Assembly (NCBI RefSeq): GCF_006345805.1
Contig: NC_042998.1
Span: forward strand, 195,734,001-195,798,000
DNA length: 64,000 nt
Direction of reading: 5' to 3'
DNA from: Octopus sinensis
Taxonomy: Eukaryota
In this document: one piece after another, positions 38,803 through 51,305 of the stretch
How positions within the stretch are numbered: position 1 is the first letter of the stretch
How the letters are laid out: each line of letters opens with the position of its first letter
Translations under genes and position numbers: made by a program
The notes under the pieces: model-generated
Told to the model about the DNA's origin: nothing
What the model saw: the letters and a program-made list of their open reading frames with translations, nothing else
Database searches by the model: none

Positions 38803-39445
38803 AATTACACAAATGTCTCCACCACCAAAACCACTACCACCATCACCACCACCATCACCGCCACCACCACCACCACTACCATCACCGCCACCACCACCAC
38901 CACCACCATCACCACTACCACCACCACCACCACCCACCACCACCACCACCGCCACCATCACTACCACCACCACCCACCACCACCACTACCATCACTGCCA
39001 CCACCACCACCACCACCATCACCACTACCACCACCATCACCGCCACCATCACCGCCACCATCACTACCACCACCACCACCATCACCGCCACCGCCACCAT
39101 CACTACCACCACCACCACCACCACCACCACCACCATCACCACCACCATCATGACCACCACCACCACCATCACCACCACCACCATTACCACCATCACCACC
39201 ACCACCGCCACCATCACCACCATCACCACCATGACCATCATGACCACCACCACCACCATCACCGCCACCACCACCACCACCATCACCACCACCACCATCA
39301 CCATCACCACCACCACCACCACCACCACCACAAACATCACCACCACCACCATCACCACCATCACCATCACCATCACCACCACCACCACCACCGCCACAAA
39401 CATCACCATCACCACCACCGTCATCACCACCATAACCACCATCAC
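38803..39445. repeat. (CAC/CAT)n trinucleotide low-complexity array
   Basis: Direct reading; explains the poly-H/T/P/G/V ORFs; resumes at about 39670-39760. Confidence 0.95.
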
Positions 39446-39672
39446 CTATTTCTTTACTACCCACAAGGGGCTAAACACAGAGAGGACAAACAAGGACAGA
39501 CAAAGGGATTAAGTCGATTACATCGACCCCAGTGTGTAACTGGTACTTATTTAATCGACCCCGAAAGGATGAAAGGCAAAGTGGACCTCGGCGGAATTTG
39601 AACTCAGAACGTAACGCAGACGAAATACCGCTAAGCATTTCGCCCGGCACACTAACATTTCTGCCAGCTCAC
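39445..39672 (-). mobile_element. SINE family B monomer embedded in the (CAC)n array
   Basis: Reverse family B sequence with CAC repeats on both sides. Confidence 0.85.
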
Positions 39673-40781
39673 CATCACCACCACCACCACCACCACCACC
39701 ACCAACCACCACCACCACCACCAACATCACCACCACCATCACCACCACCAGCACCACCATTTGCCCAAGGTACCGCACAATGGAACTGAACCCAGAACCA
39801 TGTGGTTAGCAAGCAAACTTCTCACCCAGCCACGCCTGCCTTTTGGTTTTATTCATTTATATATTTATTTATTTATTTATTTTTGTTCTTCTTCAACTCC
39901 AACTTCTTTGTTATATTTACTGACCTTCTTCGAGAATAAATTCTTGCGTTTTTGCGTTTTTCATGCTTCTTCGCTCCGTACATTATTAAAATCTACAGTA
40001 TTTTCTGGCAAATATTTATATGTAAATCCACTGGAATACTATATTTCATTGCAATGTTCTGGTAATAGCTATTCTTTTTTCCACCTTCTGCCCATAATAC
40101 GTGTGTGTTTGGTGTGTGTCTGTGTGTGTGGCGCGGCTTTTCGAAGAACAGAATGGTAATTCCTCAAAGAGTAACGTTCGCAACTTAAAATAAACCAACA
40201 CAGTTTTAATGTATCTAAAGACGAATCTATCGGTTTCCTACATCACGATCTATTTTGAGACCAAAACTATAAAACCAGCCAGCTACACATACATAAATTT
40301 GGTCTGAGGTACTAAGAGAGAGAGAAATAACTATTTTATTGTGTGTTAAAGAGAAGTGAAACACGGCTGCTGAGTAAAGTGGATCCTTGGAAACGCTAGC
40401 TTAGCTTACACGGCTAAAAATAGCAGCCACGACTGTTATTACTTCGCGCAGGTTCTGCACAATCTGGTGTATTCTGATATTGTTGCAGGGCAGCCGTGTG
40501 AATTCTACACTCCGCCGCAGACACACGCAGGGCTATAATTGCAGCGAAGGAAAAATGGTGAAGGTTTCAAGGAAATAAATATCCTAAATTAAATATATTT
40601 TATTTTTTGTTTAAAGAACAGGAAATGTGTTTTTGTGGAAAGCTTTGGGCGAAATTTTTGTGAAGCAAAATCTGTGTTGTGAATTTATATATGCAAACGG
40701 TTTTAAGTTGTGCTGTGGTTAAAGAAAGAGGGGGAGGAGGAGAGGAAGAAGGAGAAGCGTTTAATGCAAGCACTACTTCAC

Positions 40782-40830
40782 CTTTCTGTATTATCCGCTG
40801 AAAATAGTCTCTGAGCCGCATTTCTTTCAT
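40782..40830 (-). CDS. Possible first coding exon (MKEMRLRDYFQRIIQK-G), product unknown
   Basis: ATG in a repeat-free island, followed by weak donor AAG|GTGAAG; no family recognised. Confidence 0.2.
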
Positions 40831-41589
40831 CTGCTATCGGTTTATCAAATAATATCTTTCTTAGCAACAGAAATATCTTCCATTTTTAATTCCTCCTTGC
40901 CCACCGATCACCACCACAGCCGCCGCCATAAACACTTATTCGCCAAACAAAGGCTGCGTGATTTTTTCCCCCACTATTTTTTCGCAAGCAATCTATCTTT
41001 ATTTCTATTTCTAAAGGACTTACGAGAGAGAGATATGTTTGCGCTGCTACGCAAAGCAGGGCGGATCGGGCAAAGAAAATGATGCCGATTAGATTCTGCC
41101 ATTACACAAAAAGATTTTTTTCAGAAGCTGTTCCCATCGAAAATGGGAACTGCAAATTAGACTAGAAATTGTTTATACATCGCTTCGTGTCGACATTGCT
41201 AAAAAAAAATTACGGGCGACAAAAATGATGGAGAATATGTTAATATCGTGGTAAACATGTTTAATAAAAATGGACATATTGTGGTTAGAATTTTTTTTTA
41301 TTAAAACTAATAGTTACGAAGATTACATTAATAATTTATAAAAACAGGCATAAGGTTCGTCACAAAGGTTTATTTTTGCGTGGCCCCTCCAAGAAACGCG
41401 ACTCTGAAATTCTTCTCCAAAATTGCATAAATCTTCTCCCCATTTAAAAATTTTTTTTTCACTTAATTTCAACCATCTTTGATGTTTGCTTTCTTTTGTT
41501 TCCTTTTTTCCTGCTCCTTTCGCATATATCCCCTTTCTTTTTTCTTTCTCTTTAATTTTCCTTCTTCTTTTCTTGCGATTTTCTCCTAA

Positions 41590-41730
41590 AACACGTGTAA
41601 TTGGCCGCAAAAACTCATGTAGGTTAAGAAATAAATTTCGGTAAGAGCTAAGAAGAAACGACGCACTTAAGACAGCATTTTATTGGTTGATTGACCGATA
41701 ATGGGGAAGACATCTGCTTTGTGATTGGTT
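41590..41730. promoter_or_regulatory. Possible promoter: three ATTGG (CCAAT) boxes and an E-box
   Basis: ATTGG at 41600, 41682 and 41724, CACGTG at 41592, in a roughly 2.3-kb repeat-free region. Confidence 0.35.
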
Positions 41731-42875
41731 CGTTCTGAACACACTTTTTAGCTGCCGTCTTTAGCAAGCACTTGCGCCTTTATTCTGGTTGCGTGCTCCG
41801 CCGAGAAGCAGTTTACCTTGATCAGAGTTCATCTTTTGGACTTTCCTACACATTTTTATAAAACATATTTCACGGGAAATTTCATCTCAAAGTGAGTAAT
41901 ATTTCTATATTTTCAACATATTTCCTTGTAAAATATATTCATCGTAGATTAATTCGTTTTCTTTTTCCTTTTTTTTTTTCTCCCCACATTTTCTTTTAAA
42001 TATTTTCGCTTCTCCTTTCAACTTTTGACAATTCTCATTGTCGCCAAATCATTCGCGCCACCATCAGCAAAAAATCGCACACCTTTTACTAAATGGTGCT
42101 GGAGTAGAATTTTCTTTTTTGTTTTTTCTTTCTTCCCTTTTTATTCAACTTCTCTCCGATTTTTCCCTGTGTTTTACTAAAAATTATCCATTGATCAACT
42201 GCTAGAAACATTAGAATATCTGAAAAATTCTTTGCGGCATTTCTTCCGATTCTTTACTTTTACATACTGAGTTCGAACCCCACCGTAGTCGGCTTTTGTC
42301 TTTCAACCTTTCGGGGTCGATCAAACAAAGTACCAGTCGAACACCGAGGTCGAAGTGATCGACCAAGGCCCCTCCCCTCAAAATTATTGGCCTTGTGACT
42401 AAACTTGAAGCAATTAACTAAAGGCAGCAAGCTGGCAGAATCGTTAGCACATCGCACGAAAAGCTTAGAGGTATTGCTGCTGGTTTTACATTCGGGGTTC
42501 AAATCTCACCGAGATCAGCTTTGCCTTTTATCCTATCGGGGTGGATAAAACGAGTACCGGTTGAGGCACTGGGGTTGATGTATTTGATTAGACCCCTGCG
42601 CCCACAAAAAAAAAAAAAAAAAAAAAAAAAATGTCGGGCCTTATTCCTGCAGCAGAAAAGAAAGGAATATTAATTAGGATGTTCCCAGTAATATTCAGTC
42701 CTCCGAGGGCACTGAACGGGCAGAATCGTTGGAACATCAGAGGAAATGGTTAGCGGCGTTTTGTTTGTCTTTTACGTTCCGAGTTCGAATCCCGCCGAGG
42801 TCGACTTTTCCTTTTATTCTTTCCGGGTCGATGAAATAAAGTACCAGTTATGCACTGGGGTCGAGCTAATCGATT

Positions 42876-42910
<35 letters not shown>

Positions 42911-42979
42911 ATATGTCAGGTCTGGTGCTTTATAGTAGAAAGGAAATAGGCAGTCCTTTGATTATCATTAAATATTTAA

Positions 42980-43013
<34 letters not shown>

Positions 43014-43139
43014 AACAAACAACACAAATACACACACGTTAGAAATTAATCATCTATCGGGTTATCTTCCTTATACAGCATATGTTTGCCTGCACATTTG
43101 TATACACTCTGTGTCTATATATGTATATATATATATATA

Positions 43140-43270
43140 TAGTATTACATACATATAATGGGGGGAATTTACCACTATGTGGAAACCCTTATGCTAGAAG
43201 AAGACCCGCTATGGTCTTAACCACTAAGAATTGTTCTCTAGGAAATTTAGCAAACACCAGAAACGTAATC
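43140..43270. mobile_element. Single arm of the TA-associated fold-back element
   Basis: TATGTGGAAACCCTTATGCTAGAAG..CCGCTATGG matches the arm of 45851-46062. Confidence 0.75.
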
Positions 43271-43289
43271 GAGCAAGATAAATGAAAAG

Positions 43290-43377
43290 TAACAAATATA
43301 CATATATATATATATAGAGAGAGAGAGAGGGAGAGAGAGAGATATGTATGTATAGATATATATATATATGTATGTAG

Positions 43378-43409
<32 letters not shown>

Positions 43410-43532
43410 AGATATATATATATGTATGTATAGATATATATATATGTATGTATAGATATAGATATATATATATGTATGTATAGATATATATATATGTATG
43501 TATAGATATAGATATATATATGTATGTATAGA

Positions 43533-43571
<39 letters not shown>

Positions 43572-43952
43572 GTATGTATGTATGTATGTATATATATATA
43601 TATGTATGTATGTATATATATATATGTATGTATGTATATATTATGTATGTATGTATATATATTATGTATGTATGTATATATATATATATGTATGTATATA
43701 TATATATATATGTATGTATGTATATATATATTATATTATGTATGTATATATATATGTATATGTATATATATATATGTATGTATGTATATATATATATATA
43801 TGTATGTATGTATATATATATATATATGTATGTATATATATATATGTATGTATGTATATATATATATATATGTATGTATATATATATTATATATATATAT
43901 ATGTATAATATATATATATGTATATGTATGTATATATATATATATATGTATG

Positions 43953-43983
<31 letters not shown>

Positions 43984-44081
43984 ATATATTATGTATGTAT
44001 GTATATATATATATATATTATATATATATATATATTATATATATATATGTATGTATGTATATATATATATATGTATGTATG

Positions 44082-44114
<33 letters not shown>

Positions 44115-44188
44115 ATATATATATATGTGTATGTATATATATATATATAGATGTATGTATGTATGTATATATATAATATGTATGTATG

Positions 44189-44219
<31 letters not shown>

Positions 44220-44283
44220 GTATATATATATATGTATGTTGTATATATATATATATTATATATGTATGTATATATATATTATG

Positions 44284-44314
<31 letters not shown>

Positions 44315-44468
44315 ATATATATATATGTAGTATGTATATATATATATATGTATGTATGTATGTATGTATATATATTATATATGTATGTATGTATATATAT
44401 ATATATATATTATATATATATATGTATGTATGTATGTATATATATATAATATATATATTGTATGTATG

Positions 44469-44536
<68 letters not shown>

Positions 44537-44751
44537 AGATATATATAATATATGTATGTATGTATAGATATATATATATATGTATGTATGTATAGATATA
44601 TATATATATATATATGTAGTATGTATAGATATATGTATATATATGTATGTATGTATAGATATATATATATATATGTATGTATGTATAGATATATATATAT
44701 ATATATATGTATGATGTATAGATATATATATATATATGTATGTATGTATAG

Positions 44752-44783
<32 letters not shown>

Positions 44784-44815
44784 AGATATATATATATATA
44801 TGTATGTATGTATAG

Positions 44816-44851
<36 letters not shown>

Positions 44852-44881
44852 AGATATATATATATATATATGTATGTATAG

Positions 44882-44913
<32 letters not shown>

Positions 44914-44994
44914 AGATGTATGTATAGATATATATATATATGTATGTATGTATAGATATATATATATAATATATATATATGTATGTATGTATAG

Positions 44995-45029
<35 letters not shown>

Positions 45030-45093
45030 GATATATATATATATATTGTATGTATGTATAGATATATATATATATATATGTATGTATGTATAG

Positions 45094-45129
<36 letters not shown>

Positions 45130-45143
45130 AGATATATGTATGT

Positions 45144-45177
<34 letters not shown>

Positions 45178-45513
45178 GTATATATATATATGTATGTATG
45201 TATATATATATGTATGTATGTATATATATATATATGTATGTATGTATAGATATATATATATGTATGTATAGATGTATGTATGTATAGATATATATATGTA
45301 TGTATGTATAGATATATATATATGTATGTATAGATATATATATATATATATATATATATGTATAGATATATATATATGTATGTATAGATATATATATGTA
45401 TGTATATATATATGTATGTATAGATATATATATGTATGTATATATATATGTATGTATATATATATATGTAGGTATGTATATATATATATGTATAGATATA
45501 ATATATGTGTGTG

Positions 45514-45559
<46 letters not shown>

Positions 45560-45560
45560 T
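43290..45560. repeat. About 2.3-kb (TA)n/(TATG)n/(TAGA) compound microsatellite
   Basis: Direct reading; all Y/I/H/T/M/C/V ORFs here are artefacts. Confidence 0.95.
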
Positions 45561-45850
45561 TGTTTGTGCATGTATTCGTAAATACAATCTATATTTTTCT
45601 ATATACGATTATGTTTGGGCCTTGGTTTGTTTATACAGTATTTGATTACATACACAAATATCCACAATAACATACACATATGCGTGTGTATATATATATA
45701 TATAGAGAGAGAAAGAGAGAGCGAGATAGATAGATAGATATACATTTAAAATGAGGGTGAGAAATTAGATATTAATTTAATTAACATCGATTTCACACCA
45801 GTGGTCTAGCATATAAAAAAAAAAAACTGAAGGTTCAGTAAAATTGTATT

Positions 45851-46062
45851 ATATACATATTAGAGGAAAGCCATTATGTGGACACCCTTATGCTAGAAAT
45901 AGATCCGCTATGGACTTACCACTAAGAAATGTTCTCAAGAAAAATTTAGCAAAACAACCAAAACTAAATTTTTCTTGAGAACATTTCTTAGTAGTAAGAC
46001 CATAGCGGATCTATTTCTAGCATAAGGGTGTCCACATAGTAGTTTCCCTCTAATATGTATAT
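45851..46062. mobile_element. About 212-bp fold-back (palindromic) element in TA context
   Basis: About 99-bp inverted arms with few mismatches around loop CAAAACAACCAAAA (45950-45963). Confidence 0.85.
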
Positions 46063-46247
46063 ATATATATATGTATATATATATATGTATATATATGTGT
46101 GTATATATATATGTGTATATATATATGTGTATATATACATATGTATATATATATGTGTATATATATATGTATATATATATGTATATATATATATGTATAT
46201 ATATATGTATATATATATATGTGTATATATATGTATATATATATATG

Positions 46248-46288
<41 letters not shown>

Positions 46289-46360
46289 GTAAATATATAT
46301 ATATGTATGTAAATATATAAACAAGTAAAAGAGTAAATATATATATATTACACACATATA

Positions 46361-46394
<34 letters not shown>

Positions 46395-46938
46395 TATCCT
46401 ATATTATATTGCATATTTTCCCTGACTTATGGTCTCTTATATACTCGCGTATATATATTTATACACACGCATAGTAAGAGAGGCTAGCTAAATCCGTCTC
46501 CCTGTCTAACACCTCCACCACTTCCGCCGCCGCCGCCGTCTCTGGGTGTCTTTGGCAGGATCCATCCATTCTATTTCATAGAAGATCTCCGAATTGATGG
46601 CAGAATCGTTAGCACGCCGGCCGGAATGCTTAGCAGTATTTCGTCTGTCTTTGTGTTCTGAGTTCAAATTCTGCCGAGATCGACTTTGCCTTTCAGCCTT
46701 TCGGGGGGTCGATAAAATAAGTAAATACCAGTTACGCACTGGAGGTCGATGTAATCGTTTGTTTGTCTGTCCTTGTTTGTCCCCTTTGTGTTTAGCCCCC
46801 TTGTGGGTAGTAAAGAAATGGTTAATTCGATCTTGAGTCGCGCTGCTTCATGTTGCAACAAAAACCATGAATGAGGGTTGGGTAGAAGAGTACTGCTTGC
46901 TCCTCTCCCGTTTCCCGCCTCAGGGGACTCGGCCTTAC

Positions 46939-47040
46939 CCTCCCTCGTCAGACGAAGGAACAAACAAACAACAAGGAAAATACAGAAATAAGAGACAAAA
47001 GAAGACACTCACACTCAACTCCGTGCAAACAGGGAGGAGA
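46939..47040 (-). other. Candidate non-coding first exon, minus strand
   Basis: Pyrimidine-rich, ATG-free, ends at donor GAGG|GTAAGG (plus-strand CCTTAC at 46933-46938); start approximate. Confidence 0.35.
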
Positions 47041-47099
47041 GTGTGCACTCACACTCGTTTCCCTGGCTTTTTAGCTGGCAACATTACCTTTTTGGCTGA

Positions 47100-47217
47100 T
47101 ACCGTCATCTCACGCCGTCTCCTCCCTTTCCTCCGCCTCTCTCCTTCGCGCAGTCTTTCCGCTCCTCTTCCTTCCTCCCACTCCTCCTCACGTTGATTCT
47201 ATTTTTACATAACTCAG
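47100..47217 (+). other. Candidate non-coding first exon, plus strand
   Basis: CpG-containing, pyrimidine-rich, ATG-free, ends at strong donor CAG|GTAAGC (47218-47223); start approximate. Confidence 0.5.
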
Positions 47218-47374
47218 GTAAGCGTCGCTCACAGTTTAAGGTGTCGGAACCGGATCGGGGGGAGGCGGTGGAAACGATAGCAAAGCTTTAAGTTTCTGGA
47301 GAACGATGGCTGCGGCCTTCCTTCAAGCTTGCTCCCTCCCTCACTTCATCCCCCCCATCTCTCTCCCTCCCTCC

Positions 47375-47409
<35 letters not shown>

Positions 47410-47618
47410 GTGGTTTTTAGAGAATAAAGGTGTGTAGAAAAGACGACGAGATAAGAACGTGAAGAATAAATAAACGGATAATTAAATTAAGAGAGAGAGC
47501 TTGATGAAGGAAATATTTGTCTAAACATGGCCAATAGCCACAGTTAATCAGAGCGGAGTGTTCCGTTGGAAGAGATTATATGAAAGATGTATGTGTATAT
47601 ATATATATATATATATAT

Positions 47619-47813
47619 AGTTAATCCAAACAAGAAAGCACGAAAAAAACACAAAAACGCGAGGACGTGGAACAAATGTAGTATTGGACGCTCAGGAAAG
47701 AAGGCGGGTTTAACGTTTCGAGCGGAGCTCTTCGTCGGAAACATAGGAGAAGGAAAGATCCAGAGAAGGGAAGACAGAGGAAAAAAAATCGCCAACGGTA
47801 CACACGCGGTCAC
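47619..47813 (-). mobile_element. Short TA-flanked hammerhead-bearing element, same family as 13319-13524
   Basis: Reverse complement nearly identical to 13319-13524. Confidence 0.75.
47708..47742 (-). ncRNA. Minimal type I hammerhead ribozyme motif (U4C variant)
   Basis: GUUU-CCGACGA-A-GAGC-UCC-GCUC-GAAAC-GUU-AAAC: stem I GUUU/AAAC, stem II GAGC/GCUC, palindromic AACGUU for a dimeric stem III. Confidence 0.6.
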
Positions 47814-47885
47814 ATATATATATACATGTGCGTGAGTATGTGTGTGTACGTATATGTTTTGTATATGTATGTGTGTGTGTGTGTA

Positions 47886-48260
47886 ATACTCTTTTACTTG
47901 TTTCAGTAATTTGACTGCGGCCATGCTGGAGCACAGCCTTTAGTTGAGCAAACTGCCCCCAGGACTTATTCTTTGTAAGCCTAGTACTTATTTTATCGGT
48001 CTCCCTTTTACCGAACCGCTAAGTTACGGGGACGTAAACACACCAGCATCGGTTGTAAAGCGATGTTGGGGGGGGGCAAACACAGATACACAAACATACA
48101 CACACATATGTATGGCGGGCTTTCAGTTTCCGTCTACCAAATTCACTCACAAGGCTTTGGTCGGCCCGAGGCTATAGCAGAAGACACTTGCCCAAGGTGC
48201 CACGCAGTGGAACTGAACCCGGAACCATGTGGTTAGTAAGCAAGCTACTTACAACACAGC
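47886..48260 (-). mobile_element. SINE family A
   Basis: Reverse family A sequence. Confidence 0.85.
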
Positions 48261-48296
48261 ATATATATAAAATATGTATGTATATTTGTGCCCACG

Positions 48297-48600
48297 TGAA
48301 GGCGTGTGGCTTAATGGTTAGAGTGTTCGACTCATGATGTAAGGTCGTGGGTTCGATTCCTGAATCGGACTGTGTCCTTGAGCAAGTCACTCTATTACAA
48401 TTTATTTCACGTTGCTCCACTCCACTCAGCTGGCAATAATGTGTCATACCAGTAATTCACAAGGGCCAACCTTGTCGCATTCTGTGTCACACTGAATCTC
48501 CCTGAGAACTACAAAAAGAGTACACGTGCCTGTGGAGTACTCAACCACTTTCACAAGTATGGCTGTTCTGGTGATCGGATCACCTGGAACACTGACAGAT
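48297..48600 (+). mobile_element. SINE family C, decayed
   Basis: GAAGGCGTGTGGCTTAATGGTTAG...GGGTTCGATTCC head, CCTTGAGCAAG centre. Confidence 0.75.
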
Positions 48601-49763
48601 CGCCGACAATCGGTGTTGGTTTGTTTATGTCCCCGTTACCTAGCGGTTCAGCAAAAAGAACAAAAGAGTAAGTACCGGTCTTAAAAACTACTGGGGTTGT
48701 TTTGTTCAGTTAAACTCTTTTCAAAGCAGTTTGTTTGGATAAAAAAAGAACTTAACAAATAATGGAATGTGGGTTACTCAATACATATTAACTTTTACGA
48801 GCCTATGTCAATGTATGCATGTATATATATGTGTATGTATATATATGTATGTATGTATATGTATATATATGTATGTATGTATATGTATGTATGTATGTAT
48901 GCATATGTATGTATATATATGTATGTATGCATATGTATGTATGCATATATATAGATGTATGTATATGTATATATATGTATGTATGCATATGTATATATAT
49001 ATATGTATATATATGTATGTATATGTATGTATATGTGTATATATAGATATGAATGTATGTATGTGTATGTATATATATATGTATGTATATATATGTATGC
49101 ATATATATGTATGTATATGTATACATATGTATATATATTTTTTTCAAAGTATCCTTCCTCAAGCTAACGTGGAATGAGAACTTCTTATGATAGCATGAAA
49201 TTGTAATATTATCACTAACCTCTTAGTCATAATTAGCAAAAGTGAAACCGGTTGATTCATTCCATTATATATATATATATATATACATACTGTTGTGTCT
49301 GGGGAAAGTCATTCTCTTTTGGTACTTTATAATTTAACACACTCACCGGTAAAATTTCCATGCATTTTCCTCCTTTTCATATTTTCCACAACAATTCACC
49401 ACATGAAAAAAATTTTAGGGCTCCCTTTCAGGGTGTGTGTATGTGTGCATTACTGGTTGTAACTGATCAAACCGTTACCGACAGTTTCATGCTGACTCTT
49501 TTAGACTATTTTTTTGACTTATAGACAACTAAACTCTTAATTAGTGTGTGCATATGTTAATTTGTAGCATGGTTGCTGTTAACTCTATTTTCACTTATTA
49601 ATTCATTTATCATGAATGTTTAAACATGTTTGATTAACCACAGTTAATTAGGGTACACGCCACATGTATCTACAGTAGTGGTAACAAGGGGGACATTTTC
49701 TAAGGACCAAATCCTTTCAAGCTGGACTTTACAATGTCACCATCATCATTTTTACATTCACTT

Positions 49764-49932
49764 CTCCATGTTCATATGGGCTTCATGTTCATAGGGCTCC
49801 ATGTTCGTAGAGGCCCCATGTTCATAGAGGCTCCGTGTTCATAGGAGCTCCATGTTCATAGGGTCTCCATGTTCATAGGGTCTCCATGTTCATAGGGTCT
49901 CCATGTTCGTAGGGGCTCCATGTTCATATGGA
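49764..49932. repeat. 17-bp minisatellite, 10 units (CTCCATGTTCATAGGGK)
   Basis: Units counted directly; lies inside a family D-related tail. Confidence 0.9.
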
Positions 49933-51305
49933 TTGGGTGGGATTTGCTGAGGCAGAATTTCTTTGGCTGGATATCACCAACCTTCACCCGTTTTCAACCA
50001 AGGTAATATTTGGTGATATCTGATAATATTTCCTCAAAGCTGAACATGTTTTCACAGAAGACTGGAAATGAAGGACCTGCTTGTATGACAGTGAGGCTCA
50101 TTTACTACTGACATGCAATGTCAGAGCAAGAAAACTGTAATACATACACACACACATTTCAGGGCATCATCATCATCAAAGGAGAAGAATGCATTTTTGT
50201 AAAGGCATCGGCAGGTACTCTACTAAAGGGTGACAATCTGTGCTGGGTTAACCATTTAGCAAAATAAGTACATGCTTAAGGCATCAAGAGAAGAAGAGCA
50301 CCCTAGAAATGGTAAATGGTTTATGGCACAAAAGAAATCACTTTAAACTTGCTGCTAAGTTTAGAAGCAGGTGTGTTATATAAGATTAATTTTGAAGATC
50401 TGATCGAAGTCTTTGTAATTATAAAAGGTAAGAGAAAAGTTTCGAATACAAATAAAGTGGAATTATACAAAAATAAACATTATTTTCCCTATTTTTGTTA
50501 GTTTTGTTTAATTTTGAAAAATGCAAATTTATTTTATGTTTATTATTGTTTATATTTTCAATTACATGTATATGAGGGGACACCAAAATCTTTTAAGTGC
50601 TTAGGGCCCCTATGGGCAATGGTGCGCTGGCCAGGTTGCCAGCTTGCCTGATGGCAAGGGGACCTCTGCGCCATTAGAATCCCTATATGGGTGGGGGGGC
50701 ATGTTAGTATCTAAGGGGCCCATGCCCACAAGTTTGAGAAATTTGTATTCTCTCCTGGAAGAATGCATTAATTATTTCAGCCTGGCTGTGTTTGTAGACA
50801 GTTGAAAAGAATACTTTTAACAAAAAAAATAATCAAATGATAGCATGGTAGTTGTGGGGATGAGCCCCCTTCGTCTCCTGGCAACCAATATTTTTAGACC
50901 CAGTCCACCACTGCCTATGGGTCTTAATCCTGATCCTGTGTGACAGTAATAATAGAGTGACCGACTGAATGCATTTACCTTGTTGGTTCAATCCTCCCCA
51001 TATACAGGCTTTGTCTTTTACACCTCCAGGGTCAATGAAACTACAACCATTGAAATATAGAGAGAGATTAAAACCTTCAGCTCCTCAACAAATCCACAGT
51101 TTTGTGCAAAACTTTGAAATCATTATTTCACGCTCGTTAATGCAACCACTTTCAAATTTGTTCTATAAAAGTGTCGTTGAGATCAATATCAAAGATCAAT
51201 AATTTACAGAATTCATACAAATTAATCAATGTTGGTTTGTATGTCTGATGCTTATTTACAATTCTGCCCCCACCCCCACCTTGGCCGTAAACCTTACTGG
51301 GAAGA

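Noticed and set aside
38800-39601. Long poly-His/Pro/Thr/Gly/Val ORFs
   Set aside because: Open in several frames on both strands because (CAC/CAT)n has no stops; the ends run into a SINE.
43498-45670. ORFs of 130-398 aa rich in Y/I/M/C/V/H/T
   Set aside because: Translations of TA/TATG microsatellite.
46895-46960. Hammerhead on the minus strand (CUGACGA...GAAAC)
   Set aside because: Stem II does not close next to GAAA and there is no UH site with stem I; better read as an exon end and donor.
49764-49932. CRISPR-like array
   Set aside because: Contiguous 17-bp units without unique spacers, eukaryotic context, no cas genes.
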